This document shows, piece by piece, positions 1-12,714 of a stretch of DNA of 64,000 bases. The stretch is from assembly GCF_963921235.1 (NCBI RefSeq), contig NC_086097.1:4898001-4962000 (forward strand), read 5' to 3'. Each line of letters begins with the position of its first letter. Positions within the stretch are counted from its first letter, which is position 1. Below the pieces are notes generated by a model. It did no database searches, was not told the DNA's origin, and was given only the letters and a program-made list of their open reading frames with translations. This DNA is from Mobula hypostoma (taxonomy: Eukaryota). A program made the position numbers and the translations under genes.

Positions 1-1180
1 TTGGATTTTCAGAAGGCATTTGATAAGGTGCCACACATGAGGCTGCTTAACAAGATAATATCCTATGATGTTACAAGAAAGATACTGGCATGGATAGTGG
101 AATGGCTGACAGGCAGGAGGCAGTGAGTGGGAATAAAGAAGGCCTTTTCTGGTTGGCTGTCAGTGACTAGTGGTGTTCCTTAGGAGTCTGTATTGAGACT
201 GCTACCTTTTACATTGTTTATCAGTGATTTAGATAATGGAATTGATAGCTTTGTAGATGATATGAAGTTATTTGCAGATGATATGAAGTTATGTGGAGGG
301 GTAGGTAGTACTGTGAAAGCTATACAATTGCAGCAGGACTTAGATAAACTGGAAAAATGGGCAAAACTTGGTGAATGGAATACAGTGCTGAGAAATGTAT
401 GATAATGCATTTTGGTAAAAGGAACAAGAGTGCAGACTATTACCGAAATGGGGAAAAAATTCAAACATCAGAGGTGCAAAGGGACTTGTGAGTTCTCATG
501 TAAGACTCCCAGCAGATTAATTTACAGGTTGAGTCTGTGGTAAAGAAGGCAAATGCAATGTTGGCATTTATTTCAAGAGGAATAGAATATAAAAGCAAGG
601 AGATAATGCTGTGGGTTTATAAGACACTAGTCAGGCCACACTTTTGGGCCCCATATCTCGGAAAGGTTGTGTTGTCATTGGAGAGAGTCCAGAGTATGTT
701 CATGAGGATGATTCTGGGAATGAAGGGGTTAACAAATGAGGAGCATTTGGTAGCTTTGGACCTGTTCTCACTGAAATTTAGATGAATGCAGTGGGATCTC
801 ACTGAATGTTGAAAGGACTAGCTAGGGTGGATGTGGACAGCATGTTTCTTATGGTGGGGGTATTCAGAACTAGAAGGCAGAGACTCAAAATTGGGGGGGT
901 GGTATTTTAGAACAGAAATAAGGAGGGATTTTTTTTCAGTCAAAGAGTAGTGAATCTGTGGAATGCTCTGCCATAGACTGCAGAAGAGGCCAAGCCCATA
1001 GGTAGATTTAAAGCAGAAGTTGACAGTTTCCTGATCAGTCTGGGCATCAAAGGCAATGGTGAGAAGGCAAGTGTATGAGGTTGAGTGGGATCCGGGATCA
1101 GCCATGATGAAATAGCAGAGCAGATTTGATGGGCTGAATAGCCTAATTCTGTTCCTATGTCTTACGGTTTTATGGTCTTA
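1..1180 (+). mobile_element. CR1 LINE, degenerate 3' part (RT C-terminus and 3' UTR)
   Basis: Broken frames give [18 protein letters not shown] and KKANAMLAFISRGIEYKS; ends in a CR1-type tail (gggctgaatagcctaattctgttcctatgtcttac...). Confidence 0.9.
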
Positions 1181-1434
1181 CGACATCTAAAACTTTGACA
1201 GCATCTGTAGATTTGTGGTGGAGAGTATATTGACTGGCTGCATCAGTGGAAACACCACTGGCCTTGAATAGAGAGTGTAGTGGATACAGTCCAGTCCATC
1301 ACTGAACATATCTACATGAGATGTTGTTATTGGAAAGCAGCATCCATCATCACGGACCCCCACCACTCAGGAAATGCTTTCCACACTGCCGCCGTCAGGA
1401 GGGAACCACGTCACCTAGTAATTCCTCCATTTAG

Positions 1435-1660
1435 TCTGAGCCCAATCACAGGACAATTTACAATGACAATGTAACTATTTACAATGACCACGTAACTACC
1501 AACCAGTACGTCTTTGGACTATGTGAGGAACCAGAGCACCCGGAGGAAACCCACGCAGTCACGGGAGGAACATAGAAGCTCTTTACAGACCGTAGTGGGA
1601 ACTGAACCTGGTTCGCTCGTTGTGTAAAGTGTTATGCTAAGCTCTATACTACCGTGCCGT
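1435..1660 (-). mobile_element. tRNA-derived SINE with V-SINE/HE1-like core
   Basis: Reverse complement contains gggtttcctccgggtgctctggttcctcacatagtccaaagac and a B-box-like ggttcagttcc; the same core recurs many times in the window. Confidence 0.75.
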
Positions 1661-3011
1661 CCCTGATGGCAGAGGGAAAGAAACTGTTCCTAAAATGCTG
1701 AGTGTGCGTCTTCAAGCTTCTGAACTTCCTCCTTGACGGCAGCAATGAGAAAGGGGGCAGCAATGAGAAAGGGTAACTGCAGGTTAATGATGATGGATAC
1801 AGAGGCCAGTGTCGATGATGGAGTTGGCTGAGTGTTCAACCTACTGCAGCTGACGTTACCATACACATGAATGTAGCCAAACAGGACAGCATTACTCCGG
1901 GGTCAAGGTGAAAAACACAGTATTAACAGTCACACACAGCACAAATCACACATAGCATGTCGAAGATAGAAGATTACACCCACGCAATAAAAGAGTCCAA
2001 ACTCGAGCCTTTCAACACCACCAAAATGTGCAGATGACCACAACAGGGTTTGTCTTCTGCAGAGAAAACACTGGGGGGTGGGCGAGGGGGTGTACCCCAG
2101 TGGAGTGCACTGGCTCCAGTGCATTCAGGTGTGTGAGCTGGCAAGACGAGTTCTTGAACTGAGTTTCTTGCTGGGCCATTTAAGTCAGCAATTAGGAGTG
2201 GACCACATTTCTCTGGGGCTGAACCAGCCTGGACAGGGTGCTCCCTTTCCTTAAGCAATGTGAATAATTTTATGATAATCCAGTAGTTTCACGACAACTA
2301 TTACAAATATTGTACCTTCTTTTCAGTGATTTACCTTCTATGATCTTTCTTGCAGCCTAAACAAAAGTCCTCCAGGAAGGAAATAAATATTTGTCAGACT
2401 ATTCGATCATTAACGAAAAGTTCTTCCCAGAACACATCATTGAGTCTTTCAAGATTCAAGATTAGCAAAACCCTCAGCTTATGGAAAATGCTGGAAAAAT
2501 GTAAGTTCATCTTTCAAATAACTTTGAGAGCAGATGAGATTCAAGATTGTTTAATGTCATTTCCAGTACTCAAGTGTAAAGGAGAATGAAATAATTGTTA
2601 CTCTGAGTCTGATGCAGCACAAAAAACACAATAAGATTAGGAAAACAATAATAGAAAATAACAACAAATATAAGTATGTAGATATCTTGTATACGTACAG
2701 TCATTGAATTTCCATAAAGTGACGCCAGGCACAGGAGTGTCTGTACATAAGGTGACTGACAGGAGATGATAAAGTAGTGGTGGAGGGGTGGATTAGTGGT
2801 GGAGGGGTTGATCAGCCTTACTGCTTGGGGCTGGCTATGTTATAGCGATCAAACTGGAGACACTGAAGGCTGTGATAGAATAAAGGACCCCACGGAAAAT
2901 CCTGGTAATTCTGGATAATATTTCTCACTCTCTACATGTCACTTTGGCTAAACAGAGGACCACTTTTAATAATAGACTAAGACAACTGAAAAGTAGAAAA
3001 ATAGAGGGCTA

Positions 3012-3106
3012 CACACATAAAAGTTGCTGGTGAACGCAGCAGGCCAGGCAGCATCTCTAGGAAGAGGTGCAGTCGACGTTTCAGGCCGAGACCCTTCGTC
3101 AGGACT
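3012..3106 (-). mobile_element. Penelope-like element terminal fragment
   Basis: Near-identical to the arms of the 52 kb inverted element; related to the end of the Penelope RT fragment at 55.8 kb. Confidence 0.75.
3071..3106 (-). ncRNA. Minimal type I hammerhead ribozyme motif
   Basis: Minus strand reads AGTC-CTGACGA-AGG-gtctcgg-CCT-GAAAC-GTC-GACT: stem I, CUGANGA core, stem II, GAAA, GUC cleavage triplet. Confidence 0.75.
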
Positions 3107-3737
3107 ATGTGGTCGGGAACTTCTAGGCAGCTTTTAGAGAAGGTTGCATGGTTGGCACACATTGTGGGCCAAAGGCCTATAATGTGCTGTAGATTTTCCA
3201 CGTTCTATGTTTGATGTAACTGTGCTGCTCCAAAGAGTGCAATATGGGGTCATTCTTACCCTTGGCCATTAGGCCCCATAATGAGTCAACCTCGAGCTGG
3301 GGAAGTGATAATCCTCCTGTTAGACTGTGAAGTAACTTTTTATTCTTTTCTTACTTCTCATCTAATATTTATATATTTGTGTATTGATGCACTTGTCATG
3401 CTACTGTGACACTGTAGTTTCCTTTGGGATCAATAAAGTGTCTGTCTATCTACCTACCTAACTGTTTTTGAGTCTGGTGGTCCTGGCGTGGATGCTACAG
3501 TGTTTCCTCCCTGATGGGAGTGGGACAAACAGTCCATGAGCAGGGTGTGTGGGATCCTTCATGATGCTACTAGCCTTTTTCCAGCATCTTTCTGTATGCA
3601 GTGGTGCTAAAACGTTTGTGAACCCTGTATTTTTGCATAAATATGACCTAGATAATGATCAGATCTTCTCTTAAGTCCTAAAACTGGATAAAAAGAACCC
3701 AATTAAATAAATAATACAAAAACATTATACTTGACCA

Positions 3738-3757
3738 TTTATTTATTTATTTATTTA

Positions 3758-3789
<32 letters not shown>

Positions 3790-3796
3790 TTTATTT
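3738..3796 (+). repeat. (TTTA)n/(CTTA)n microsatellite
   Basis: Direct reading; lies in the Tc1 left TIR next to the LINE insertion. Confidence 0.95.
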
Positions 3797-5097
3797 CCCA
3801 ACCGTTCAACAGACGATGCCATTGTCATTACCCTCCACCTGGCCTTAACCCACCCCAACAAAAAAGACACGTTTGTTCGAGTGCTGTTCATAGACTTCAG
3901 TTCAGCATTCAACACAATCATTCCTCAGAAACTGACTGGAAAGCTGAACCTACTGGGCCTGAACACCTCCCTCTGCAACTGGATTCTAGACTTCCTGAAT
4001 GGGAGACCTCAGTCAGTCCGGATTGGAAGCAGCATCTCCAACACCATCACACTGAGCATGGGGGCTCCCCAGGGCTGTGTGCTCAGTCCACTGCTGTTCA
4101 CTCTGCTGACCCACGACTGCTGCAACACACAGCTCGAACCACATCATCAAGTTTGCCGATGACACGACCGTGGTGGGTCTCATCAGCGAGAACGAGAGGA
4201 GGTGCAGTAGCTAATGGACTGGTGCAGAGCCAACAACCTGTCTCTGAATGTGAAGAAAACAAAAGAGATGGTTGTTGACTTCAGGAGGACACGGAACGAC
4301 CACTCTCCGCTGAACATCGACGACTCCTCCGTAGAGATCATTAAGAGCACCAAATTTCTTGGTGTTCACCTGGCGGAGAATCTCACCTGGTCCCTCAACA
4401 CCAGCTCCATAGCAAAGAAAGCCCAGCAGCGTCTCTACTTTCTGCGAAGGCTGAGAAAAGTCCATCTCCCACCCCCCATCCTCACCACGTTCTACAGAGG
4501 TGGTATTGAGAGCATCCTGAGCAGCTGCATCATGGCCTGGTTCGGAAATTGCACCATCTCGGATCGCAAGACCCTGCAGTGGATAGCGAGGTCAGCTGAG
4601 AAGATCACTGGGGTCTTTCTTCCCGCCATTACAGACATTTACACCACACGCTGCATCCGCAAAGCAAACAGCATTATGAAGGACCCCACGCACCCCTCAT
4701 ATAAACTGTTCTCCCTCCTGCCATCTGGAAAAAGGCATCGAAGCATTCGGGCTCTCATGACCAGAGTATGTAACAGTTTCTTCCCCCAAGTCATCAGACT
4801 CCTCAATACCCAGAGCCTGGCTTGACACCGACCTACTGCCCTCTACTGTGCCTATTGTCTTGTTTATTATTTATTATTATTTATTGTAGTGCCTGCACTG
4901 TTTTATGCACTTTATGCAGTCCTGGATAGGTCTGTAGTCTAGTGTAGTTTTTGTGTTTTTTTCTTACATAGTTCAGTGTAGTTTTTATATTGTTTCATGT
5001 CACACCATGGTGCTGGAAAATGTTGTCTCATTTTTACTATGTTCTGTACCAGCAGTTATGGTTGAAATGACAATAAAAAGTGACTTGACTTGACTTG
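3797..5097 (+). mobile_element. Rex1/Babar-like LINE, 5'-truncated RT plus 3' UTR
   Basis: [37 protein letters not shown] and [12 protein letters not shown] in ORFs 3731-4162 and 4214-4825; AATAAA then (TGACT)n tail. Confidence 0.88.
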
Positions 5098-5301
5098 AAA
5101 AATGATCCAACATTACATGTATTTGTTGGAAAAAGTTTGTGAACCTCTGAGGTAATACCTTCTACAAAAGCTATTTGGAGTCAGGCGTTTCAATCAATGA
5201 GATGAGATTGGAGGTGTGGGTTGTAGAGGTTCCCTGCCCTATAAAAAAGACGCACAAAGTTCGATTACTGACAGAGCTGGCTCTTCTCAAGAGCCTGCAC
5301 T

Positions 5302-6310
5302 ATGCCTTGATCAAAACAACTTTCAGAGGACCTTAGAAGAAGAATTGCAGAGATGCATGGAGTTGTAAAGGCTACAAAAGCATTTCTAAATACCTGAGTG
5401 TTCATCAGTCCACAGTAAGAGAAATTGTCTACTAATGGAGGAAACTCAGTACTGTTGCCACTCTCCCTAGGAGTGGGCATCCTGCAAAGATCACACCAAG
5501 AGCACAACATGCAATGCTTAAGGAGGTGAGAAAGAACCCAAGTATAACAGCATAAATACCGCAGAAATCTCCAGAACTTGCTAAAGTATCTGTACATGTG
5601 TCTATATTAAAAAAAACACTGAACAAAAAGGGTGTTCATGGATGGACACCACAGTCACCAATGTTCTCCAAAAAAACATTTCTGCATGTTGCAAAAGACC
5701 ACCTGGATGTTCTACAATGCTCTGGCGCAATGTTCTGTGGACAGATGAGACTAAAGCTGAACTTTTTGGCAGAAATGCCACGCTAGTTTGGAGGGAAAAG
5801 GGCATTGCCTTTTTCTCATCCCAAACCCTCATCCCAACTGTGAAGCACGGTGGAAGGAGCATCATGGTTTGGGGCTGCATTGCTGCCTCAGGGCCTGGAC
5901 AGCTTGCAATCGTTGAGGGAACAATGAATTCAACATTGTATCACGACATTTTACAGGAGAATATCTAGATAGCAGTCTATTAACTGAAGCTTAATAAAAG
6001 TTTGATAATGCAACAAGACAATGATCCAAAAGACAAGAGTAAATCAACAACAAAATGGAAATCAACAATGAAAATTTGTGTTTTGGAATGGCCGAGTCAA
6101 AGTCCTGATCTTAATCGAAGAGAAATGTTGTGGAAGGTCCAGAAGCCAGTAGTTCATGCAAGGAAGCCCACCAACATCCCAGAGCTAAAGCAGTTTTGTA
6201 AGGAGGAATAGCCTAAAATTCCTCTAAGCTGATCAGCAAAACCAATAAACAGTTTCTGGAAATGTATGGTTGAAGTTATTGCTGTACAAGGGGGTCACTC
6301 CTGTTACTCA
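5302..6310 (+). pseudogene. Tc1-family DDE transposase, disrupted
   Basis: WTDETK, TVKHGGRSIMVWGC, QQDNDPK and WPSQSPDLN motifs across frameshifts and stops. Confidence 0.92.
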
Positions 6311-7059
6311 AAGCAAAGGTTCACATACTTTTTCTAAAAATTCCCTGTAATATTGGATCATTTTTCTCATTAAATAAATGAACAAGTGTAATGTTTTTGT
6401 GATATTTATTTAATTGTGTTCCATTAATCTAGTTTTAGGACTTACATGAAGATCTAATCACATTTTAGACCATATTTATGTAGAAATAGAGAAATAAGGT
6501 TCACGAACTTTCTAGCACCACTGTATATTTCCTCGCTAGCAGACAGGCGCTGCCGTATTGCAATATGTATCAAATTGCTGAATTGCCACAGCAGCCTTCT
6601 CAATACATATGGCCTGAAGGATGAAAATTACAAGGTTCCAAAAGTAGTATTTTCCCACTTATACGAAGAGTTAATTGCACAGTATTAAAACTGAACTCTC
6701 AATGGTGTTGCACATAATTTTATTTCTAAAGTTTCTGTTCAATTCAAGTCCATTACCAAAAGTGAAAGTAAGCTAGCCAAACTATAACATTGCCATTTTC
6801 ACACTCATCGAGTAACTAAATTGGCGTGTAATTGAAATAAGTGGTGATTATTCTCGCCAGCCAGCTGTAACACACATGCAAAGTTTATCAGAGGTGGTGC
6901 AGCGAGGAGTGAGTAAATCCTGGTTATAAACCTGGCTTATTGGTGATTCGGTTGGTTAACACCATCACAAGGTATATGAAACTGATAAGGATGTGTATGA
7001 GTGTTGGTGCTGCAGTTTGAACCTCGGACCTGGAGGAAAGTGGTTTTGTTTGGCTGTGT

Positions 7060-7515
7060 TTATGAGTATTCTGGGAATTAAAGGCTTATCGTATGAGGAG
7101 CGATTGATAGCTCTGTGGCTTTATTCATTGGAATTTAGAAGACTGACAGGGGATCTTATTGAAACCTATCACATGTTGAAAAATGTGGCTAGATTGAATA
7201 TGGAAAGAATGTTTCCTATGCTGGGGAGTCCAGGACCAGAGGGCACAGCTTCACAATAGTGGGACATCCATTTAGAATGGAGATGAAAAGGAGCTTCTTT
7301 AGCCTGAGAGTGGTAAATCCGTGGACTTTATTGCCAGAGTTGGCTGTGAAGGCCAAGGTGGAGGTTAATAAATTCTTGATTAGTCAAGGCATGAAAGGAT
7401 ACAAGGAGAAGGCCGGAAAATAGGGTTGAGAGGGAAATAAATCAGCCATGATTGAACGGCAGAGCAGACTCGATGGGCTGAATGGCCTAATTCTATGCCT
7501 GTGTCTTATGGTTGA
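7060..7515 (+). mobile_element. CR1 LINE 3' fragment
   Basis: [27 protein letters not shown]1 3' UTR. Confidence 0.85.
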
Positions 7516-7890
7516 ATAATAATTAAACTTGAACTTGAAATTGATCTTGATGGCAACAAATAATGCTAGATTCATGATCTATACAGCTATATTTCCATTT
7601 TAATCTAGCTGTAGCTGATAACTCCAATCCTACCAGCAGCCTAATCAATTTTATTGAGCTTAACAATGATTTACTATTTTGTCTCATTAGTCTATCATCC
7701 CAGCTTGTGGTTGTTGGTTGTCCATCGTATCCAGCAATGACAGGAGACCTCTGTGGGAGAGTTAAAGCAGAAAAGCCATTCCACGCGGAGGTCTGGCTCC
7801 AGTGGTATGAATAGTCGTCACGAGCTGGGGTCCTCCTTGGTTGCATTCGATGCCCACGATATCTCTGTGCCTCATTACACCCTTCGCTCT

Positions 7891-8732
7891 TGTTACGTAC
7901 CCCGTAACTGGGTTGCCAAACCAGCAGAAATGGATCACTCAGTTGGAGTCTGGAGTACTAGAACTAAGAAAGTTTTATTAAAGAAACAAGCAACACAGTA
8001 ATCGAAAGGATAATAAATGCAACAGTTCAGCGATGATAAACACACATGTGCACAGAATTAAGGTAACAGCATCAATCAAGCTCTATCGTTGTCTAGGGGT
8101 AAATGACCAAATTTCAAAGTGACTCAACGTTCAGTTCGCAGTAATCATTGCCATGGCGATGGACAACGTGGGGGAAGAGAGAGATAGAACAGGAACAACT
8201 GATCATTCAGAACGGCTTCACTCACAGACCGGCGAGATTGCTCACAAGCAACTTTTGGGCGGGTCCTTGGTGATGTCACCTGAGGTCACCGACTGTGACC
8301 CCTCCTCCAGATGCGGTCGATCCTCTGCAGTGAACCTGGCACCCAGGCAAGGGCGGACACACACCAGGTTCCCGCTGATCGTACCTTTCCACCCTGGTCG
8401 TTGTCTGGTACTTCTCACCCACTCGTGAGAGGCGCACCGCTTCCAGGGTCTCGTTACCTCGGGTGGCGTGTGTGTCGCCTTAGCAAACTGGTCCCTTTTT
8501 ATCCCCCTGCTGGGGTATCGCCTGTCCATCACTTCAAACAGTTCAAGGTTCAAAGGGGGGAGCCGCTCCAGACAGCTCTCTCTCCCACGTCCCTTCATTA
8601 CACATCTCCAGACGCTGCTCCATTGTTCCTTATCTCTCCTTCCCCTGAGGGCAGGTGGCAGACCAACTGCTGATGCCACTGATGCTAGCCCAGGCCAGCA
8701 AACATCTTAATTTTATGTGTATTCTCGTCACA
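7891..8732 (-). repeat. 3' LTR
   Basis: tgttacgtac...tcgtcaca; direct repeat of 11870-12714 with few differences; PPT adjacent. Confidence 0.95.
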
Positions 8733-8745
8733 CTTCCCCCCTTTT
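8733..8745 (-). other. Polypurine tract
   Basis: Minus strand AAAAGGGGGGAAG immediately before the 3' LTR. Confidence 0.85.
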
Positions 8746-8859
8746 AAGGATTTTTACCGGGAGGTAAAAATTACAAACATGAATACATTATTTGATACAT
8801 ACACAAATATACATCTTTATCAGTTATTTGGCTAATACAAAGAATTTGAAATTGTCAAC

Positions 8860-9700
8860 ACCTTGACAGACAGTCATCACATTTTCTATTCCTTTTATAT
8901 GTGTTATTAATAATCCCTTAGACCAGGCTCCAACTCAGCAAACTTCATAGTGGCCAAAAACACTGATGAGTTGCGATCAATGTAACCTCTCATTTGGTTT
9001 TGTCCTGGACCACAACAACAAAGGTCGTCCCATTCCGACTCAGTTTTCTCTCGCAAGGGCTTAGTAGGAGGGGGACGGGTATTGACCACAGAGTTATTGC
9101 AAAACTTCCTGCAGTACCCCACCATCTCCAAGAGCCTTCTGAGGGCCCTCTTGTCTGTCGGGGTTGGGAGGTCAGCGATAGCCTGCACTGTAGCTTGCAT
9201 CACTGCAAGCTACACTGCCCCTGTGTCACCACAATTCCCAGGTAAGTGACCCTCGTGTGGCCGAATTCATTTTTTTCAAGGCTCACTATCAAACTGGCTT
9301 CAGACAGCCGTATTAAATTGCCAATACACACCTCTGTGTTCATCAGCCCTTTAGTCACTGAATTACTCAAAAAATATGGGTGTTGTTTACTAGGCCGCCC
9401 TATTGTAACAGACATCACCCAACGTCCCAGTTCTTTGCATTTCCTCGGGACAATCAAACCTACGGGCGCGAGTCGTTTAATTACTTCTGCTAAAGATTCG
9501 CTTTGTTCGGGGATTAAGAGAGAGACCTTATCAGTAGACCTGGCCAAAACAATAGCCTTCTCCCATCTGACCGATCCCATCCTAATCTTTTCAAAATGGT
9601 TTTTTCCTCTTATCAGGGGGCCCCTAGCCTCATTGATTTCCACGCTAACACCGACTAGGTTTGTTAGCATATCAAAAGCCGGTGACCGTCTCAGTTCGCG
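8860..9700 (-). pseudogene. Remnants of RT/RNase H
   Basis: Short patches only: KQHPY, LEKNEFGHTRVTYLGIVV, LPTPTDKRALRRLLEMVGYCRKF; catalytic core missing. Confidence 0.75.
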
Positions 9701-11770
9701 TCAGTCATGATCAATAACATTTTTTATCCTGGGCAGCCGGTAAATCTCTTTCATGATTCCACCAACTGTTTCCTCCAGCACCGCAAAATGTCCACCGGGG
9801 GGTACCTCATGGGCCATGTTAAAAACCCCATCCCCATAACTCTTTTGCACCACCCCCCATTCCTCATCTGCGGATACTGTCCTTGATTTCCCTTTCTTCC
9901 TTAGCACTTCCTCCTCCGCACAATAGCTTGTCAAGGCTGTGTCAGAGAGAGCAGTCTCTGCCAAAACCATCAGCCCCTCGTCTCGCTCCTGCGTCTGCAC
10001 AAATTCTTTCCTGGCTACTGCTACGTCCATCCCAGCTCCCTCACTACCTCTTATCTCACTACACCCTGTCTCATACAAGGTTGGCAAAAATGTTTCAGCT
10101 AAATTCACTATCGCGGGCCCGCGATGAACCTGTGAGTCCATGGGCGGGGCCTCAATGCTGGCAGGCTGACCTGTCAATCTCACGACTGGGAACACGATTC
10201 CTCCGGCGATGTCATTACCGAGCAAGACTTCCACGTCTTTCATCGGTAATTCGGACCTCACCCCGATCGTGACTAGTCCAGAGACCAGGTTGCTTTGTAA
10301 GTGTATCTGGTGCAAAGGGACTGACTCTGTCCCTTCCCCAACACCTTTGACCTCTACCTCCCCAGTCTGGGTCTCTGAGCTAAACTCTAATACACTCTTC
10401 AATATCAATGACTGACACGCTCCCGTGTCTCTCCAGATCCGCACTGGAACTGGTTTTAACCTCTCCTTCACTGACACCAGTCCGGCCGAGATAAACCTCT
10501 CGCACCCTTCCTGGACTTTTTCAGACCTGTCCTTCCCTAGCGGTTCGCTTAACAGCTCGATACAGCCATTCAAAATTTCCGCTTTTCCTTTCCCCGTCTC
10601 CTTCCTTGGGGCAAAGCACCTGGACGCAAAGTGTCCGACTTTCCCACAATTATAACAGACGACCCCAGGAGACTTCCTACCAGACTGCTCCCGGTCTACC
10701 TTATCCTTTTCACTAGTCCCCGGCTTACTTTCTGACTTTTCCGGTGGACTCTCCCCGCCGTCCTGACTACCCTTCTGGTAGCCTTTACTCGGGGCAAACT
10801 TCATTTTATGCGTCAACGCATACGCATCCACTAACTTAGCAGTTGCGGCTAACGTGGCTGCCTCTTTCTCATCGAGGTAGGGTCTCATATCCTCAGGGAC
10901 ACAACCTTTAAATTGCTCAATCAGGATCAGTTGTAGCAGTCTGTCATAATCCCCCTCTACCCCCTTCGAGGCGCACCAACGCTCACAATATGTCTGCATC
11001 TCACGGCAAACTCCAAATACATGCGGTCCAACTGCTTCCTCGCATTCCGGAACCTCTGCCGGTATGCCTCCGGGACCAACTCATAAATCCTGAGGATGGC
11101 CTCTTTCACCACGTCACACCTCTGGGCATCTTCCGCGGACAAAGCTGAGTAAGCTTCTTGGGCCTTCCCTTTCAGTACACTCTGAAGTAAAACAACCCAC
11201 TTATCCCTCGGCCAGTCCTGACTTATAGCCACTTTTTCGAAGTGGAGGAAGTACCGATCCATGTCGGTATCGTCAAATGGGGGAACCAGCCTAACCTCCT
11301 GGGTCGCCTGGAACCCTCCACCTTGGTTCGGCACGAGCCCCTGCTCGGCCCTTATCCTTAACTTATCCAGCTCAAATTCCCTTTACTCTGTTTCTCCTCT
11401 CTCTCCAACTGTCTGTCCCTCTCTCTCTCTTCTCTCTCCAACTGTCTTTCTCTCTCTCCTGCCTTTCTAACTGCTTCTCTTCGTGTTCTAACTGCCATAC
11501 CCGGAACTCGTGCTCGAGTCTCAGTTTTTCAAGCTGTACCTGTACCGCGTCTCCAGCAGGTTTTTCAATAGACACCACCCCCAGCTCACCTTGGGGAAAC
11601 ACACCTTTAGATACATAGTGCTCTACAATAGCTCTGTGTATCTCCTCTCTCCTCATTGTCGACTTCACCTTAGCAAGATTCAACCATTTTGCCACAGCTA
11701 TCAATTCCGATTTCCTGGCATCCTCTAATGCCTCCAAGGTCGGCGCCTTTATAAATTCCTCAGCCTCCAT
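9701..11770 (-). pseudogene. gag (SCAN-like domain, CCHC knuckle) plus aspartic protease, in three frames (11372-11770, 10957-11334, 9701-10999)
   Basis: PEAYRQRFR...LILIEQF...P SCAN-like motif; CYNCGKVGHFASRC; WRDTGACQS protease; C-terminal AHEVPPGGHF integrase H2C2 remnant; two frameshifts. Confidence 0.88.
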
Positions 11771-11846
11771 TTCTGCTGTTTGTCTTTTCTTTCTTTCGGG
11801 TATTTTAACCCAATCAATTTACTCCGTCCCAAATTTAGCGTTCAAA

Positions 11847-11865
11847 ATCGCGGACGAGAACCCCA
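11847..11865 (-). promoter_or_regulatory. Primer binding site, tRNA-Pro-like
   Basis: Minus strand TGGGGTTCTCGTCCGCGAT 4 nt after the 5' LTR; resembles the tRNA-Pro PBS TGGGGGCTCGTCCGGGAT with deviations. Confidence 0.7.
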
Positions 11866-11869
11866 CTTA

Positions 11870-12714
11870 TGTTACGTACCCCGTAACTGGGTTGCCAAAC
11901 CAGCAGAAATGGATCACTCAGTTGGAGTCTGGAGTACTAGAACTAAGAAAGTTTTATTAAAGAAAAAAGCAACACAGTAATCGAAAGGATAATAAATGCA
12001 ACAGTTCAGCGATGATAAACACACATGTGCACAGAATTAAGATAACAGCATCAATCAAGCTCTATCGTTGTCTAGGGGTAAATGACCAAATTTCAAAGTG
12101 ACTCAAAGTTCAGTTCGCAGTAATCATTGCCATGGCGATGGACAACGTGGGGGAAGAGAGAGGGAGAACAGGAACAACTGATCATTCAGACACGGCTTCA
12201 CTCACAGACCGACGAGATTGCTCACAAGCAACTTTTGGGCGGGTCCTTGGTGATGTCACCTGAGGTCACCGACTGTGACCCCTCCTCCAGATGCGGTCGA
12301 TCCTCTGCAGTGAACCCGGCACCCAGGCAAGGGCGGACACACACCGGGTTCCCGCTGATCGTACCTTTCCACCCTGGTCGTTGTCTGATACTTCTCACCC
12401 ACTCGTGAGAGGCGCACCGCTTCCAGGGTCTCGTTACCTCGGGTGGCGTGTGTGTCGCCTTAGCGAACTGGTCCCTTTTTATCCCCCTGCTGGGGTATCG
12501 CCTGTCCATCACTTCAAACAGTTCAAGGTTCAAAGGGGGGATCCGGTCCAGACAGCTCTCTCTCCCCTACGTCCCTTCATTACACATCTCCAGACGCTGC
12601 TCCATTGTTCCTTATCTCTCCTTCCCCTGAGGGCAGGTGGCAGACCAACTGCTGATGCCACTGATGCTAGCCCAGGCCAGCAAACATCTTAATTTTATGA
12701 ATATTCTCGTCACA
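11870..12714 (-). repeat. 5' LTR
   Basis: Direct repeat of 7891-8732; PBS adjacent. Confidence 0.95.

Larger units (their letters stand above)
2540..3598 (-). mobile_element. Rex1/Babar-like LINE 3' end, split by later insertions (pieces ~2540-2830, ~3458-3598, resumes ~6524-6560)
   Basis: Pieces are colinear with the uninterrupted + strand copy at ~60165-60608. Confidence 0.65.
3599..6523 (+). mobile_element. Tc1/mariner DNA transposon with long IR/DR-type TIRs
   Basis: Left end CAGTGGTGCTAAAACGTTTGTGAACC matches reverse complement of right end (ggttcacgaactttctagcaccactg) followed by TA; inner direct repeats at ~5135-5147 and ~6318-6333; left TIR interrupted by a LINE. Confidence 0.92.
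7891..12714 (-). mobile_element. Gmr1-like Gypsy LTR retrotransposon with SCAN-containing gag and deleted pol
   Basis: Two ~845-bp TG...CA LTRs, CTCT target duplication (7887-7890, 12715-12718), PBS, PPT, gag-protease ORFs, integrase zinc-finger remnant preceding RT remnants. Confidence 0.93.

Noticed and set aside
3597..3598. Perfect TA duplication for the Tc1
   Set aside because: Left flank reads TG and only the right flank is TA; treated as a probable mutation, not claimed as an intact TSD
8153..8710. Overlapping ORFs in the LTRs (also 12127-12692), possible accessory or env gene
   Set aside because: GC-rich LTR sequence; frames differ between the two LTRs through indels; no recognisable motif
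9701..11334. Host SCAN zinc-finger gene
   Set aside because: Lies between LTRs with PBS, PPT and TSD, and has a CCHC knuckle and protease rather than C2H2 fingers
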